A DNA stretch of 64,000 nucleotides from the human T2T-CHM13v2.0 reference genome, Homo sapiens, in the NCBI RefSeq assembly GCF_009914755.1, contig NC_060947.1, one strand, 5' to 3'. The notes under the pieces are model-generated. The model saw only the letters and a list, made by a program, of their open reading frames with translations. It searched no databases and was not told the DNA's origin. Positions 12,311 to 54,841 of the stretch are shown here, in pieces. Every line of letters begins with the position of its first letter. The first letter of the stretch is position 1. A program made the translations under genes and the position numbers.

Positions 12311-13255
12311 GGACCATGTGATTTAAAGATTCATTATCTCTCTAAAGTTCTATATTAGAAAATCTAAAGTGCATGTGATTGTCTTTATAGCCTCACAGCT
12401 GATATTTTATAAATTCCTCTGGAAAAAATACTACTTAAAAACTCAGTTTAAGGAAATATAATTTAATAAAACAACTTTACATTATTTACCATTTAGATTA
12501 TTTCCGCTGAAAGACTATTTCAAATTTAGCAAACCTTTATTTAATTATACCTTCTACTAATATAAATTAAAAGTATTTTAGAAGCCTTTATAATGTAAAA
12601 AAAATCAGTTTTTATATAAGATTTTGAAATTTAAAATCTTAGCATATCTGTTTAAGAAAGACACAAATAATTTATTTTGATTTTAAATTTAGAGATGCCA
12701 ATATTCACTTCTGTGTCAAAGCAATATTTAAGCTTTGTGAAAACAGTTTGGATTATGAGTAAAGGGAAAAATTAATAAAATTTCAGTGTTGCTTGTTTGA
12801 GAGACACTTTCTAATGCTTAAATTTGCTATCTCTGACCTTGATACTGTTTTGAATAGTTCGTTATGATGAAATTCTATTTTTGAGGCTGAGAATATAGAA
12901 ACAAGTAACCTAGAATAAAATATAACTCTCTGTTTAATGCAATTTAAGCCACTCATAAGTAAACTGTAGATAATTTAATTTTATATCACATCAGGAAAAA
13001 TTATAAAAACAATGGATCAAAATCTGAATTATCTTTTTTGTTTCCAAATGTAAAAATTTGTTTGAACTAGATTTGTGACATTTTTCGGTGTTATATTTAT
13101 TTTTAAATTAAAAGTGGATTCTCACATTTAAATATTTTGGGGTTAGTTTTTAATTTAAGAAAAAAATATATGAAATAATTTTAAGTATCTGAAACTTCAA
13201 AACAGTAAGATTTATTTTTCCTATTTAATATTTATTGACCATAGTCACATAATTT

Positions 13256-16761
<3,506 letters not shown>

Positions 16762-16919
16762 AAATTTAATTTATAATAATTTATTAATATAAATCACAAT
16801 AGCATTTTGAAGGCATACTACACATACGTGGGCTCTTTAATTTAACCCTCATAATAGTGTTATTATAATAAGGGTTCTATTTATTTCCCTTCAGTAGCTA
16901 CATATGCCCTCTGTTTCTT

Positions 16920-22473
<5,554 letters not shown>

Positions 22474-24325
22474 CATGTTGTTTACTTTTTATGTATTTGT
22501 AAACTTTCCAATATTCCTCCTTTTATGGAATTTGAGTTTTATACTCTCGTGGTTGGAAAAGGTGCTTGATATGATCTGCACTTTTGAAGAAGTGGCGTCT
22601 TATTCCAGTTTTTACATACTGACTTTGGGAAAGCCCTTCACCAGTCAGCTCATCGAGAGATTCTGGGCAGGCTGTCTGGTACAGTCTGCTGGAAGGCTTG
22701 CTGCTGCAGTCCTCAGGAAGGCTGATCTGGTACCTTGGTCAGAAGTTGGATGGGCCCAGTGCCTGAGTATGTGGAATTGGATCTTGAGCCTGAATCTATT
22801 AGGATGTACCTGTTGATTGGGTGTGTGTGGTTGGGCTCAGAGCTTGGGTCTTTGAGGGTGGGCCTGGAGCCTGTGTCCTTAGGAGCCAGCCTGAAGCCTG
22901 GGTCTATAGGGGCTGACCTGATTCTTTGATGGTCCTTGAGCATGAGTCTGCAAAAATAAGGTAGGTCTTGGGATTGACCTGGCCCCTAGGTCCACTGGGA
23001 CAGGCCTGGAGCTTGAATCCATGTTTGTTGGCCTAGTTCTAGGGTAGGTCTAAAGCCTGAGTCCATGGAGGCAATGCTGGGTTTTGTGTCTGTGGGAATT
23101 GGCCTAGAGCCTGAGTCATCAGGGATGATCCTGGACCCTGGATCTACTGGAGTATCCCTGAACCCAACGTCTACTGGAGTCTGGGGCCATGGAGTTCATC
23201 CTGGAGCCTGGAGCTTGCGTGGTGCTGGGGAAAGCATGGATCCTGGGTCTGTGGGGGCTTATCTGGAGCCTGGGTTCATGGGCTGGCCTTGAGCATGGGG
23301 CTATGGGGACTGGCCTGGAGCCTGAGTTTCCTGGGGGGAGCTTGCCAGTTGGGTATGTGAGTACTTCCCTGGAGGCTAGATTTTCAAGGCCTTGGTAATG
23401 AAGCCATGTAGGCTGGCCTGGAACCTGGGTCTCTGGAGGCTGGTCAAGCACTGGGGTCTAATGGGATGAGCCTGGACCCTAAGTCTGTTGGAGAATGGGG
23501 CTACAGGGGCCAGCCTGGAGGATAGGGCCACAGGGACTGGCCTGGCATTGGGCAGTCCGGGGACTTATATCCACAGGTGCCAGCCTGGTTCCTGAGGCCA
23601 GGAGTGCCAATCTGATGCTAAGGTGGGCCTGAAGTGTGAGGCTATGTCGGCTGACCTGGCTCTTTGCTGATCTGAAATCTTGGACGGGCCTGGAGCCTGG
23701 GACTGTGAGGGATGGCATAATGCTCCGTGGGCTTGGAGACTGTAATTGCAGAGCTAGCCTGGTGGCTGGGTTCATGGAGGCTGGCCTGAAGCCTGGGGCT
23801 GTGGGATCAGCCTAGTACTGCTGGTGGTCCAGAGCCCAAAGCTGCTGGGGCCAGTCTGGTCCTGGGGCATGCCTAGACCCTGAGTCTTTGGAGGCAAGCC
23901 TAGTGTTGACATGCGTCTGGAGACCAGGTTGGGCTTGGAGGCTCAGTATATGGGTACCAGTCTGGAGTCTGAGTAGTCTAGCCTGCACAGCACTGGGCTT
24001 TGTTAGGACAGACCCAGTTCTGGGGTCCACGGCGAAGTCTAGTGCTCCTTTCCCTCTTCTTCTCCCAAGCAGAGGGCATCTCTCCCTGTGCGCTATGCTG
24101 CCTGGGGTTTGGGGAGGGATTACATGGATAATGCATAACTGTCTTTACTGCCCTTTTATTGCATCTTTTCTTATTTCTGTGCTACACCCAGATGTTCTAA
24201 TGTCTCATCTGGTGTCTTTAGTTCTTGTGAAGATGTTTTCTTGTATGTATAGTTACTCAAATTGATGTTACTCTGTGGGGATAAGCACTGGAAAATTTTA
24301 TTCCACCATCTCCCTGATGTCTGGA
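22474..24325 (-). mobile_element. Continuation of L1MA: short EN piece joined to a GC-rich L1M2/L1M3-type 5' region with degenerate tandem repeats
   Basis: Recurrent ggcctggagcctgggtc(c/t)-like units at about 22780-24030. It ends in attccaccatct, like L1M 5' ends. Confidence 0.65.
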
Positions 24326-24689
24326 CCTGTCAGTGCTCTTTTTCTTCTTCTTCATGTCTCCTCTCTCTCTCTTTTTTTATTTTGTCTCCTTTTATGTTTC
24401 CACAAATCCATACTAGTGTTAACTGGTTAATAGAAGTTTTAGTTGTTTGGGTTTAAACTGTGTTTCTCTGTGTTTTTTTGGTTAGGACTTGTGAAGGAGA
24501 GACTACCTGGCCACATTGCTCTGATTTCCCACACTATCCAACCTGTCTCAGGCCCCCAGGGTATCTAAAATCTCAGAAGCCTTAAGCTTGGAGGAAAGAT
24601 GCATCAAGTGTTCCCTATGAGACATCTACCTGTGCTTTACCAAGCCCACATAATCTCCAGTCCTGTGAGAAAGCACCTGCTTTTCTGAG

Positions 24690-24850
24690 CACCAGCTGGG
24701 CTGCATCCTCACCTGGTCTCTGCCTCTAAAGAATGTGTGAACTTGAGTTACTTGATTTTTCTGTGCGCAGATTTCTTTGTCAGTTATATAAAAATGTGAA
24801 TAACACTTTTCTAGCTCTTGAGGTTGTTATTAGGTTAAAATTACATAGCA
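24690..24850 (+). mobile_element. MIR remnant
   Basis: tgtgtgaacttgagttacttg...ataaaaatgtgaataa...gaggttgttattaggttaaa resembles the MIR core. Confidence 0.55.
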
Positions 24851-24906
24851 GATAGTTATTTAACATTCCTTTAGGATAAAAGCACTTTTAAAAGTAAAGT
24901 ATTATG

Positions 24907-25187
24907 TGCCGGGTGCAGTGGCTCATGCCTGTAAACCCAGCACTTTGGGAGGCCAAGATGGGAGGATCCCGAGGTCAGATCAAGACCATCCTGGCTAACA
25001 CAGTGAAACCTCGTCTCTACTAAAAATACAAAAAAAATTAACTGGGCATGATGGCGGGCACCTGTATTCCCAGCTACTCAGGAGGCTGAGGCAGGAGAAT
25101 GGCGTGAACCCTGGAGGCGAAGTTTGCAGTGAGCCGAGATCACACCACTGCACTGCAGCCTGGGCCACAGAGTGAGACTTAATCTCA

Positions 25188-25241
<54 letters not shown>
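24907..25241 (+). mobile_element. AluY with (AAT)n tail
   Basis: Diagnostic gaccatcctggctaacac and gagaatggcgtgaacc. 18-bp TSD TAAAAGTAAAGTATTATG at 24889-24906 and 25242-25259. Confidence 0.95.
25188..25240 (+). repeat. (AAT)n microsatellite, ~17 units
   Basis: Directly visible Alu tail. Confidence 0.95.
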
Positions 25242-25245
<4 letters not shown>

Positions 25246-25794
25246 AGTAAAGTATTATGGGCATCTGCAGTAACTACCCTTGTATAATGCTACTTATAGT
25301 AATGTTTAGATCTTACTTATGAAACCACTTAACAATATACCACACATTGTCCAAGTAAAAATCAACAGAAAGCCAGTAAACTGATTGAGTTCCTTAAGTA
25401 CCTGACTTTATTAAAAACTATTACCATAACAACTTAAATATCCATGAGCATATTCTTTCTTCATTTGAAACCCCAGTGTCGTGTTTTATTTTTATTTTAC
25501 TCCACTACATCTAATTAGTTGAGAAGTCCTTTGAATTTTAACTTTGTCATATCTCTTTTCCCCTTCCTTTCCTATTGCTACGGTTTTACTATATATTATT
25601 ATTACTTATTTTTTTGCACTATGGCTACTGAACATAAAGGTGGCAGGAATCTTCAAGGAGATTTCATAATGAAGCAATATGAACATTACTCATTTATTGC
25701 TAGAAATAAATATTTTTTCAGCACCTACATCAAATGAACCCACTCCTTCTGGACCTTCATATTTGCTGAGACAAAGACTGAATATTTCAGTTTT

Positions 25795-26115
25795 TTTTTT
25801 AATTCTACTTTAAGTTCTGGGATACATATACAGAACATTCAGGTTTGTTACATATTCGTGTGCCATGGTGATTTGCTGCACCTATTGACCCATCCTCTAA
25901 GTTCCTTCCCTGCCCCCGACCCCCCAACAGGCCCTGGTGTGTGTTGTTTCCCTCCTTGTGTCCATGTATTCTGATTGTTCAACTCCCACTTATGAGTGAG
26001 AACATGTGGTGTTTGGTTTTCTGTTCTTGTGTTAGTTTGTTGAAGATGATGACTTCCAGCTTCATCCATGTCCCTGCAAAGGACATGATCTCATTCCTTT
26101 TCATGGCTGCATAGT
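25795..26115 (-). mobile_element. 5'-truncated L1PA 3' end (~320 bp)
   Basis: L1PA 3'UTR with TSD ctgaatatt(t/c)agtttt on both sides. Confidence 0.9.
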
Positions 26116-27038
26116 CTGAATATTTTAGTTTTGTAAAACCACACAGGCTTTTTTATTTTTTATATCCAGTGCCATTTGTCTTATCTTCCTACTTCCCCTT
26201 TCTTCTTTGCAGATGAGATTTTGCTTGCTTGCTTTTACTAATGAAACCTATCACTACTTTTTCTGTCTTTTGGCATTCTAGTCTCCATAAATCTGGCTGC
26301 AAAGTGGCTATGTACTCTTCCCTGCCTCCCCTTCCTAGTTGTTTCTAATGATAAGCACACAATCCCATTTTATTATGAGGTTTTATTCTGATCTCTCTGG
26401 AGGACAGAGAATTGAAAAATAACATGTATAATAATTCATTTATTCAAGCATTTGTTATTGAATGTTTTTTGACATCAAAATTTAGTCATTTATAATTTTG
26501 TTTTTATAACTATGAAGAAATTTAAGTTATGCAGTTAATTTTTGTTCAAGATTTCTATGTCTTCTAAAAACAACATCAGTAAAAAATATAACAGACTTCT
26601 TTTTCAGTAGAATATTTCAAAATTAGGGTTACATTTCTTCCTACAAATACAATCACAAACCAAGAAAAAATTTTTCCATTCAAAATCTTAGTGCAATTTA
26701 AAAAATGATAAAAGTACAAATAAAGGCTTAAAACATTGTTCAACGGAAAATATCTGTCACTCGAAAATGTGGAGACTTCCTTGTTAATAAGGTATTTGGA
26801 ATAAACCAAGTTCAGAGAAAAAATTGACATGTAGGATATGTTCATCCTCTCAAAATTATTGTATGTGACATCATCAAATTGTGTTGTACCCACTAATAGC
26901 AAGAAATAAGTTTGTTTAATGGAAATGAAGCTTTCCCTGTAAATTTTGAATTTTTAATTACTCAGATTACCAAGGAATCTAGCAATTCCCCTAATCTTTA
27001 AAGGTGTGACTTCAGATATAAACTCCTAAAAGGTATAA

Positions 27039-29686
<2,648 letters not shown>

Positions 29687-30009
29687 ATTTTCTCATGCCG
29701 TACACAAACATCGTATACATCTTTTGTTAAATTTTTTCCTACTACCTTTGCATTTATTACCACATTTGTAAATTATCTTTTAAAAATTATGTTTTCTGTT
29801 TTGCACTGAGATTGAGAAGTGTGTTACAGTTTAGGCATTAATTTTCCCCCCTTCCATCTTGTTACAAAATAACTTACTGATTATAATAATTTGTCAATAA
29901 TTTGGGGGATTTTCTACATGGACATTTATCTCTGTGTCTATAATAACAGTTTTGTTTATTTCTTGCTTTTCTCTGATAGTAATGTGAACACTTTTAAGAT
30001 TTCACCATT

Positions 30010-30290
30010 GGCCGTGTGGCGGTTCATTTGGGAGGCAAAGGCTGGAGGATTGCTTGAGCCCAGGAGTAAGAGACCAGCCTGGGCAATGATGTGAGACCCC
30101 CATCTCTACAAAAATAAAAGAATTAGCTGGGTGTGTTGCATACCTGTGATTCCAGCTATGAAGGAGGCTGAGGCAGAAGATCATTTCAGCCTAGAAGGTT
30201 GAGGCTGCAGTGAGCTGTGTTTACCACTGCACTCCATCCTGGGCAACAGAGCAAGACCCTGTCTAATAAATTAATTAAAAATAGAAATAA
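30010..30290 (+). mobile_element. AluJ
   Basis: ggaggattgcttgagcccagg and gaggctgcagtgagc. TSD atttcaccatt. Confidence 0.9.
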
Positions 30291-30390
30291 AAATATTTCA
30301 CCATTAAGTAATGATATTGCTTGTAGGGTTTTTAAATGGTTATTATCTATTAGCTCAAGGAAGTTCCCTTCTATTTCTAGTTTGCTAAGG

Positions 30391-30680
30391 TTTTTTTTTT
30401 TTTTGACTGTGTCTTGCTCCCAGGTGGGAGTACAGTGGCACAATCTCAGCTCACTGAAACATCTGCCTCCTAAGCTCAAGCCATCCTCCCACCTCAGCAT
30501 CCCAAGTAGCTGGGACTACAGACATGCAACCACCAAACCTGGCCACTTTTTTGTATTTTTTATAGAGACAGGGTTTCACCATGTTGCCCAGACTGGTCTT
30601 GAACTCTTGAACTCAAGCCATCTGCCCACCTTGGCCTCCCAAAATGCTAGGATTACAGGCATGATCCACTGAGTCTGGCC
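30391..30680 (-). mobile_element. AluJ
   Basis: Dimeric Alu with J-type ctcaagccatcctcccacctcag. Confidence 0.9.
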
Positions 30681-30993
30681 TGCTACTTTTTTTTTTTAGT
30701 CACCATGAAAGAATGTTGAATTTTATTATATGCTTTCTCTGTATCTCTTAGAGCGATCACATAGTTTATCCCCGTGCTTTGATCTGCTAATGTGAAATAC
30801 ATTACCAGATTTTTCAAAGTAACACTATTCCTGCATTCCTGGGCTAAACCCACTTTGATCTTTTCTTTTGTCATATATTGCTGGATTGTTGCATTCGTAT
30901 TCAAAAGTTAAATGATCCGTGGGTTTTCCTTTGTCATTTAGTTATTGTTCGGTTTTGTACCAAGTTTAAGCTAGTCTCATAAAAACAGCTGGG

Positions 30994-31292
30994 AGCCAGG
31001 CATGATGGCTTATGCCTGTAATCCCAGCACTTTGGGAGGCCCAAGGCAGGAGGATCCATTGAGCCCAGGAGTTTGAGACCAGCCAAGGCAACATGGTGAA
31101 ACCTCGTCTGTACAGAAAATAAAAATAAAAAAATTAGCCAGGCGTGGTGGCAGGTGCCTGAAGTACCAGCTAGTTGGGAGGTTGATGTGGGAAGATCACT
31201 TCAGCTTGGGAGTACTAGGCTACAGAGAGCATGATCACATCACTGCACTCCAGTCTAGGTGACAGAGCGAGGCCTTTTCTAAAAAAAAAAAA
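30994..31292 (+). mobile_element. AluJ
   Basis: Dimeric Alu with poly(A). Confidence 0.9.
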
Positions 31293-31620
31293 GTTGGAAA
31301 TTATTCCCACTTTTCCTGTATTCTAGAAGAGTATTTATAAGGTTGGAATTATCAGTTTTTCAAATTGCCTTTAAACTATCTCTGCCTAATGTCTATTAAG
31401 GATGTTTTTTCCACTACTAGATCATTTTAAAAATTATTGAATAATTAGTCAAGGTTTTAATTTCTCTGTGAATCACTTTTGGCAAGTTGGGTCTTTATAG
31501 AAAAAAAAATGTTTATATTGTTTATAGTATCCTCTTAGTATCTTTATAACCTCTGCAGACCTTGTAGGCATGTACCTTTTCTTATTTTTAATATTGTGCT
31601 TTCTCTCTCCTGCTCTTTTT

Positions 31621-32240
<620 letters not shown>

Positions 32241-32409
32241 GTTTTGTTGTCGTTGTTGTTTTGCTTTTTTATTGAGAATACTTGCCAGGGGTTTACTAAC
32301 ATTTTTAGCACATCATCTTTTGGCTCAGTTAATATTCTTTGACATATATTTATTTTCTATTTCACTTGTGATTACTGACATTTTTCTTTCTTTCTTTCTT
32401 CCTTTAATT

Positions 32410-32695
32410 TTTATTAATTTTCAGACAGTGTCTTACTCTTTTGCCCAGGCTGGAGTGCAGTGGCACAATCACAGCTCACTGCAGCTTTGACCTCCTTGGG
32501 CTTAGGCAATCCTCCTACCTCAGCCTCCCAAGTAGCTGAGACTAAAGTGGGCTCCAACACACCTGGCTGATTTTTGTATTTTTTGTAGAGACAGAGTTTT
32601 GCCATGTTCCCCAGGCTGGTCTCAGACTTCTGTGCTCAAGGTATCTGCCCGCCTATGCCTTCCAATATGCTGAGATTACAGGCATGAGCCACCAC
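32410..32695 (-). mobile_element. AluJ
   Basis: Dimeric Alu with J diagnostics. Confidence 0.88.
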
Positions 32696-33184
32696 TCATT
32701 CTTTTTATTATCCTTGCTTTAATGCCATTGGTCTTTTTTGATTTAATAAGATATGCTCAACATCTTAATTTTCAGCCTTCCTTACTTTCTAATATAAATA
32801 TTTAAAACTGTGTTATTACATACATATAGAATTGTTGTGTCTTCAAAGTAAATTAAATCTATTACAATTATGTAGTGGTGTTATTTCTAGTAATGCTTTT
32901 TGCCTTGGTCTATTTGGTTTGCCATTAATATAGCTACACCAGCTTTCTGTCAGCTAGTATTTACCTAGTACATTTTTCCCCACTGTTTTTACTATAGCCA
33001 TTCTCTCTATATTACTATGTTTAAATATGTCCTTTGTAACAGAATATAGATAGATTTTTCCATTTTGAACAAACTGTCTTTTACCTGGATAATTTAGTAC
33101 ACTTGTTGTTACTAATATATTTGAATTTATTTTTACCATCTTATTTGGGAATTTCTCTTTAACCCACTTTTTCTACCTTTCCCT

Positions 33185-39345
<6,161 letters not shown>

Positions 39346-39428
39346 TCTGCTGGCAGAGTTTTAATGTAAGCAAATATTTTATTTTATTTGATTATTAAAT
39401 CTATCCTGGCTTCTTAAAAACTACCTGT

Positions 39429-40147
39429 CGTTATAGCCTGATGATTTCTCTTTGCTCACTGCCCTGAAAAATCAATACACTGAAAACCACAGGTGTTGCA
39501 ACAAAGAAATAGTTTAATAATTGCAAGGTAGTGAAGTGAGAGGATGGGAGATATTTCTCAAATCCACTTCTCCAAGAAGTTGGAGGCTAGGGTTTTTCAA
39601 GGACATTTTGGTGGCCAGGGACTAGGGAATAGAGAATGCTGATTGGTTGGGTTGGGAATGAAATCACAGGGGGTCAAAGATGTCTTTTTGCACTGAGTCA
39701 GTTACTGGGTGTGGGTTATAGAACCAGTTGAATCAGTTTTTTGGTGTGGTTAATGGGCTGGGTGGTATCAGCTGATCCATCAGAATGCAAGATCTGAAAA
39801 ATACCTCAAACACCGCTCAGGTTTTATAATAATGATAATATCTATAGGAGCAATTAGGGAGGATATAACTCTTGTGACCTCTGGCTACATGACTCCTGAA
39901 GCATGATTCTAACTTTTTTGCCCATTTTTTCATTTACAAAGGTGGTTTCAGTCCCTGAGAAAGGAAGGAGGTTAGTTTTGGGAAGAGATTAATATCTTTG
40001 TTTCAAAGTTGAACAAATTAAATGCCTCTTGTAGTTAGCTTGGTTTTGTCCAGGAATGAGCAAGGACCGCTTATAAGGTTAGAAGCAAGGTGGAGTCAGC
40101 TATGTTAGATTTCTTTTACTGTCATAATTTTTGAAAAGACACTTTCA
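39429..40147 (-). mobile_element. LTR8-family ERV1 solo LTR
   Basis: Minus strand starts TGAAAGTGTCTTTTCAAAAATTATGACAG...GACTCCACCTTGCTTCTAACC; about 720 bp. Confidence 0.8.
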
Positions 40148-40677
40148 TCAACATCTATCATAAAGAGTTTTCAGATTGTTGGTCTGGCTTATGTACTCTG
40201 AAAAAAGAGGTACTGGCAATTTCCCCTCAAAAGTAGCCCTGTGTGAATACTGATGTGCCCATAATATGTTTAAAGAATGTTAGAGCACAGGATAAGGAAG
40301 CTTTCTTGAAAATATTAACAAGAGTCTTATAGCAAAGTTTCTCACATAAATCAGAAAATAAAATCAATCATACTATTTTTCCTCAGGCATTATACAGTTT
40401 AGTTGGGGAGGGAGATGAGAAAACTTAAAAGAAAAACTTAGAGAACATAGAGAAAATGAAGTGCTTTAAACGAAGTTATATTTCGATGTTACAACAGTAG
40501 ATATTTGTTGTAGAAATTTTCAAACAAATAAAAAGGAGAAAATCAATAAATCATTAGTAACTGCCCCCAAACTCCTGAAATAAATACTGTTATTATTTCA
40601 GTGAATTTACTTCCTTCTTTTATATTGCTCCACATTAATTGAGATTATATTGCTAAAAATGTTATTCTCCAGTTTTA

Positions 40678-50765
<10,088 letters not shown>

Positions 50766-50872
50766 CCGTTTTGCATGTAACATTTTTTTTTTTACTTAAA
50801 AATTTCCCCCATGTCATGAAATTTATTTGTAAACATTTTTGATTGCTACATAGGAACCAATGTAATGACTAT

Positions 50873-51000
50873 CCAGCTCAAGAATTTCTAATTTGAAAAT
50901 ATAAAGATTGAAATGTTCCAAAATCAAAAACTTTTTTGAGCAAGTGAAATATTCCATACCTGAACTCATGTGATGGGTTACAGTCAAAATGCAGTCAAAC
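50873..51000. mobile_element. Tigger4/MER46-like DNA transposon fragment
   Basis: gaaatgttccaaaatcaaaaacttttttgagc...ccatacctgaactcatgtgatgggttacagtcaaaatgcagtcaaac. Confidence 0.65.
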
Positions 51001-54000
51001 TGGTAGCTGGCAAGATGGCCGAATAGGAACAGCTCTGGTCTGCAGCTCTCAGTGAGATTAATGCAGAAGGTGGGTGATTTTTCCATTTCGAACTGAGGTA
51101 CCTGGGTCATCTCATTGGGACTGGTTGCACAGTGAGTGCAGCTCACAAAGGATGAGCCAAAAACTCATGAAGCACGGTGGGGCGTTGCCTCACCTGGGAA
51201 GCTCAAGGGGTTGGGAAACTCCCTCTCCTAGCCAAGGGAAGCTGTGAAAAACTGTGCCATGAGAGACGCTGCATTCCAGTGAAGATACTACGCTTTACCC
51301 ACAGTCTTTGTAACCACAGACCAGGAGATTCCCACAGGTGCCTACACCACTGGGGCCCTGGGTTTCAAGCACAAAAGTGGGTGGCCATTTGGGCAGACAC
51401 CAAACTAGCTGCAGGCATTTTTTTTCATGCCCCAGTGGCGCCTGGAACACCAGTGAGACAGAACCATTCACTACCCTGGAAAGGAGGCTGAAGCCAGGGA
51501 GCCAAGTGGTCTAGCTCAGCAGATCCCACACCCACGGAGCCCAGCAAGCTAAGATCCACTGGCTTGAAATTCTAGCTGCCAGGACAGCAGTCTGAAGTCA
51601 ACCTGGGATGCTCGGGCTTGGTGGGGGGAGGGGATCCCACCATTACTGAGGCTTGAGTAGGCAGTTTTCTCCTCACAGTGTAAAGAAAGCCACCAGGAAG
51701 ATCGAACTGGGTGGAGCACACCACAGCTCCAGAAAGCCTCTATAGCCAGACTGCCTCTCTAGATTCCTCCTCTCTGGGTAGGGCATCTCTGAAAGGCAGG
51801 AGCCCCAATCAGGGGCTTATAGATAAAACTAACATCTCCCTAGAACAGAGCACCTGGGTGAATGGGCAGTTGTGGGCGCAACTTCTGCAGATTTAAGTGT
51901 TCCTGCCTGGCAGCTCTGAAGAGAGCAACAGATCTCCCAGCACAGCACTGGAGCTCTGCTAAGGGACAGACTGCTTTCTTAAGTGGGTCCCTGACATAAT
52001 AAAAACTGATGGAGGGGATAACACCGCTGATCCCACAGAAATACCAACTACCATCAGAGAATACTATAAACACCTTTATGCACACAAACTAGAAAATCTA
52101 AAAGAAATGGATAAATTCCCGGACACATGCGCCCTCCCAAGACTAAACCAGGAAGAGGTCAAATCCCTGAACAGACCAATAACAAGTTCTGAAATTGAGG
52201 CAGGAGCTAATAGCCTACCAACCAAAAAAAGCCCAGGATGAGACGGATTCACAGTCAAATTCTACCAGAGGCACAAAGAGGAGCTGGTACCATTTCTTCT
52301 GAAACTACTCCAAACAACAGAAAAGGAGGGACTCCTCCATAACTCATTGTATGAGGCCAGTGTCATCCTGATAGCAAAATCTGGCAAAGAAACAACAACA
52401 ACAAAAATTTCAGGCCAATATCCTTGATCAACATTGTTGTGAAGATCCTCAATAAAATACAGGCAAACCAAATCCAGCAGCACATTGAAAAGCTTATCCA
52501 CCATGATCAAGTCGGCTTTATTGCTGGGACACAAGGATGGTTCAACATACACAAAGCATTAAACATAATCCATCACATAAACAGAAGCAATGACAAAAAC
52601 TTCATGAGTATCTCAATAGATGCAGGAAAGGCCTTCAATAATATTGAGCACCTCTTTATGCTAACAGCTCTCCAGAAACTAGTTGTTGATGGTACATATC
52701 TCAAAATAATAAGAGCTATTTATGCAAACCCACAGCCAATATCATACTGAACGGGCAAAAGCTGGAAGCATTCCCTTTGAAAACAGGCAAAAGACAAGTG
52801 TACCATCTCTCACAACTCCTATTCAACATAGTATTGGAAGTTCTGGCCAGGGCAATCAGGCAAGTGAAAGAAAGAAAAGGGTATTCAAGTAGGAAGAGAA
52901 GAAGTCAAATTGTCTCTGTTTGCAGATGACATGAATGTATTTTTAGAAAACCCCATCGTCTCAGTCCAAAAACCCCTTAAGCTGATAAGCAACTACAGCA
53001 AAGTCTCAGGATACAAAATCAATGTGCAAAAATCACCAGCATTCCTATACACCAGTAATAGACAAATAGCCAAATCATGAGTGAATGCCAATCACAATTG
53101 TGACAAACTGAATAAAATACCTAGGAATACAACTTAAAAGGGATATGAAGGACCTCTTCAAGGAGAACTACAAACCACTGCTCAAGGAAATAAGAGAGGA
53201 CACAAACAATTGGAAAAACATTCCATGCTCATGGATAGGAAGAATCAATATCGTGAAAATGGCCATAGTGCCAAAAGTAATTTATAGATTCATTGCTGTC
53301 CCCATCAAACAACCATTGACTTTCTTCACAGAAAAAACTAAGTTTTATATGGAACCAAAAATAGCCTGTATACCCAAGACTATCCTAAGCAAAAAGAACA
53401 AAGCTGGGGACATCATGCTACCTGACTTCAAACTATACTACAGGGCTACAGTAACCAAAACAGCATGGTACTGGTACAAAAGCAGATACATAGACAAATA
53501 AAACAGAACAGAGGCCTCAGAAATAATGCCACACATCTACAACCATCTGATCTTTGACAAACCTGAGAAACACAAGCAATGGGGAAAGTATTCCCTATTT
53601 AATAAACAGTGTTGGAAAAACTGGCTAGCCATATGCAGCAAACTGAAACTGGATGCCTTCCTTATACCTTATACAAAGATTAACTCAAGATGGATTAAAG
53701 ACCTAAATGTAAGACGTAAAACCATAAATACCCTAGGGGAAAACCTAGACAATACCATTCAGGACATACGTATGGGCAAAGACTTCATGACGAAAACACC
53801 AAAAGCAATGACAACAAAAGCCAAAATTGACAAATGGGATCTAATTAAACTAAAGAGCTTCTGCACAGCAAAACAAACTATCATCAGATTGAACAGGCAA
53901 CCTGCAGAATGTGAAAATATAATTGCAATCTATCCATCTGACAAAGGGCTAATATCCAGAATCTACAAGGAACTTAAACAAATTTAGAAGAAAAAAACAA

Positions 54001-54841
54001 CCTTATCAAAAAAGTGGGCGAAGGATGTGAACAGACACTTCTCAAAATAAGACATTTATGCTGCCAAGAAACATATGAAGAAAAGCTCACCAACACTAGT
54101 CATTAGAGAATGGCAAATCAAAACTGCAATGAGATACAATCTCATGCCAGTTAGAATGGTGATCATTAAAAAGTCAGGAAACAACAGATGCTGGAGAGGA
54201 TGTGGAGAAATAGGAACACTTTTACACTGTTGGTGGGAGTGTAAATTAGTTCAACCATTGTGGAAGAGAGTGTGCAATTCCTCAAGGATCTAGAACCAGA
54301 AGTACCTTTGACCAGCAATCCCATTACTGGGTATATACCCAAAGGATTGTAACTTATTCTGCCATAAAGACACATGCACATGTACGTTTATTGCAGCACT
54401 ATTTTCAATAGCAAAGACTTGGAACCAATGCAAATGCCCATCAATGATAGACTGGATAAAGAAAATATGGTACATATACACCATGGAATACTATGCAGCC
54501 ATAAAAATGATGAGTTCCTGCCCTTTGAATGGACATCGATGAAGCTGGAAACCATCATTCTCAGCAGACTAACACAGCAACAAAAAACCAAACACCACAC
54601 GTTCTCACTCATAAGTGGGAGTTGAACAATGAGAACACATGGACACAGGGAGGGGAACATCACAGAGTGGGGCCTGTCGGGGTGTTGGGGGTAAGGGGAG
54701 GGATAGCATTAGAAGAGATACGTAATGTAGATGACGGGTTGATGGTTGCAGCACACCACCATGGCATGTGTATACCTATGTAACAAACCTGCATGTTCTG
54801 CACATGTATCTCATAACTTAAAGTTATTTAAAAAAAAAAAA
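51001..54841 (+). mobile_element. L1PA7-like element with 5'UTR fused to mid-ORF2
   Basis: gcaagatggccgaataggaacagctc 5' end, junction at about 51995, RT/C-terminal fragments, 3'UTR and poly(A). Confidence 0.92.

Noticed and set aside
12692-12760. Possible small exon (tttag|AGATGCC...TATGA|gtaaag)
   Set aside because: Weak splice sites and no recognisable peptide. It cannot be supported without conservation or RNA data.
22475-24265. Cluster of GC-rich ORFs suggesting a gene
   Set aside because: Overlapping ORFs on both strands arise from a degenerate repeat array in an L1 5' region.
24995-25264. Poly-Leu ORF resembling a signal peptide
   Set aside because: Antisense reading of the AluY (AAT)n tail.
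26576-26902. 108-aa ORF in unique AT-rich DNA
   Set aside because: Non-ATG start, no recognisable motif and no convincing splice context.
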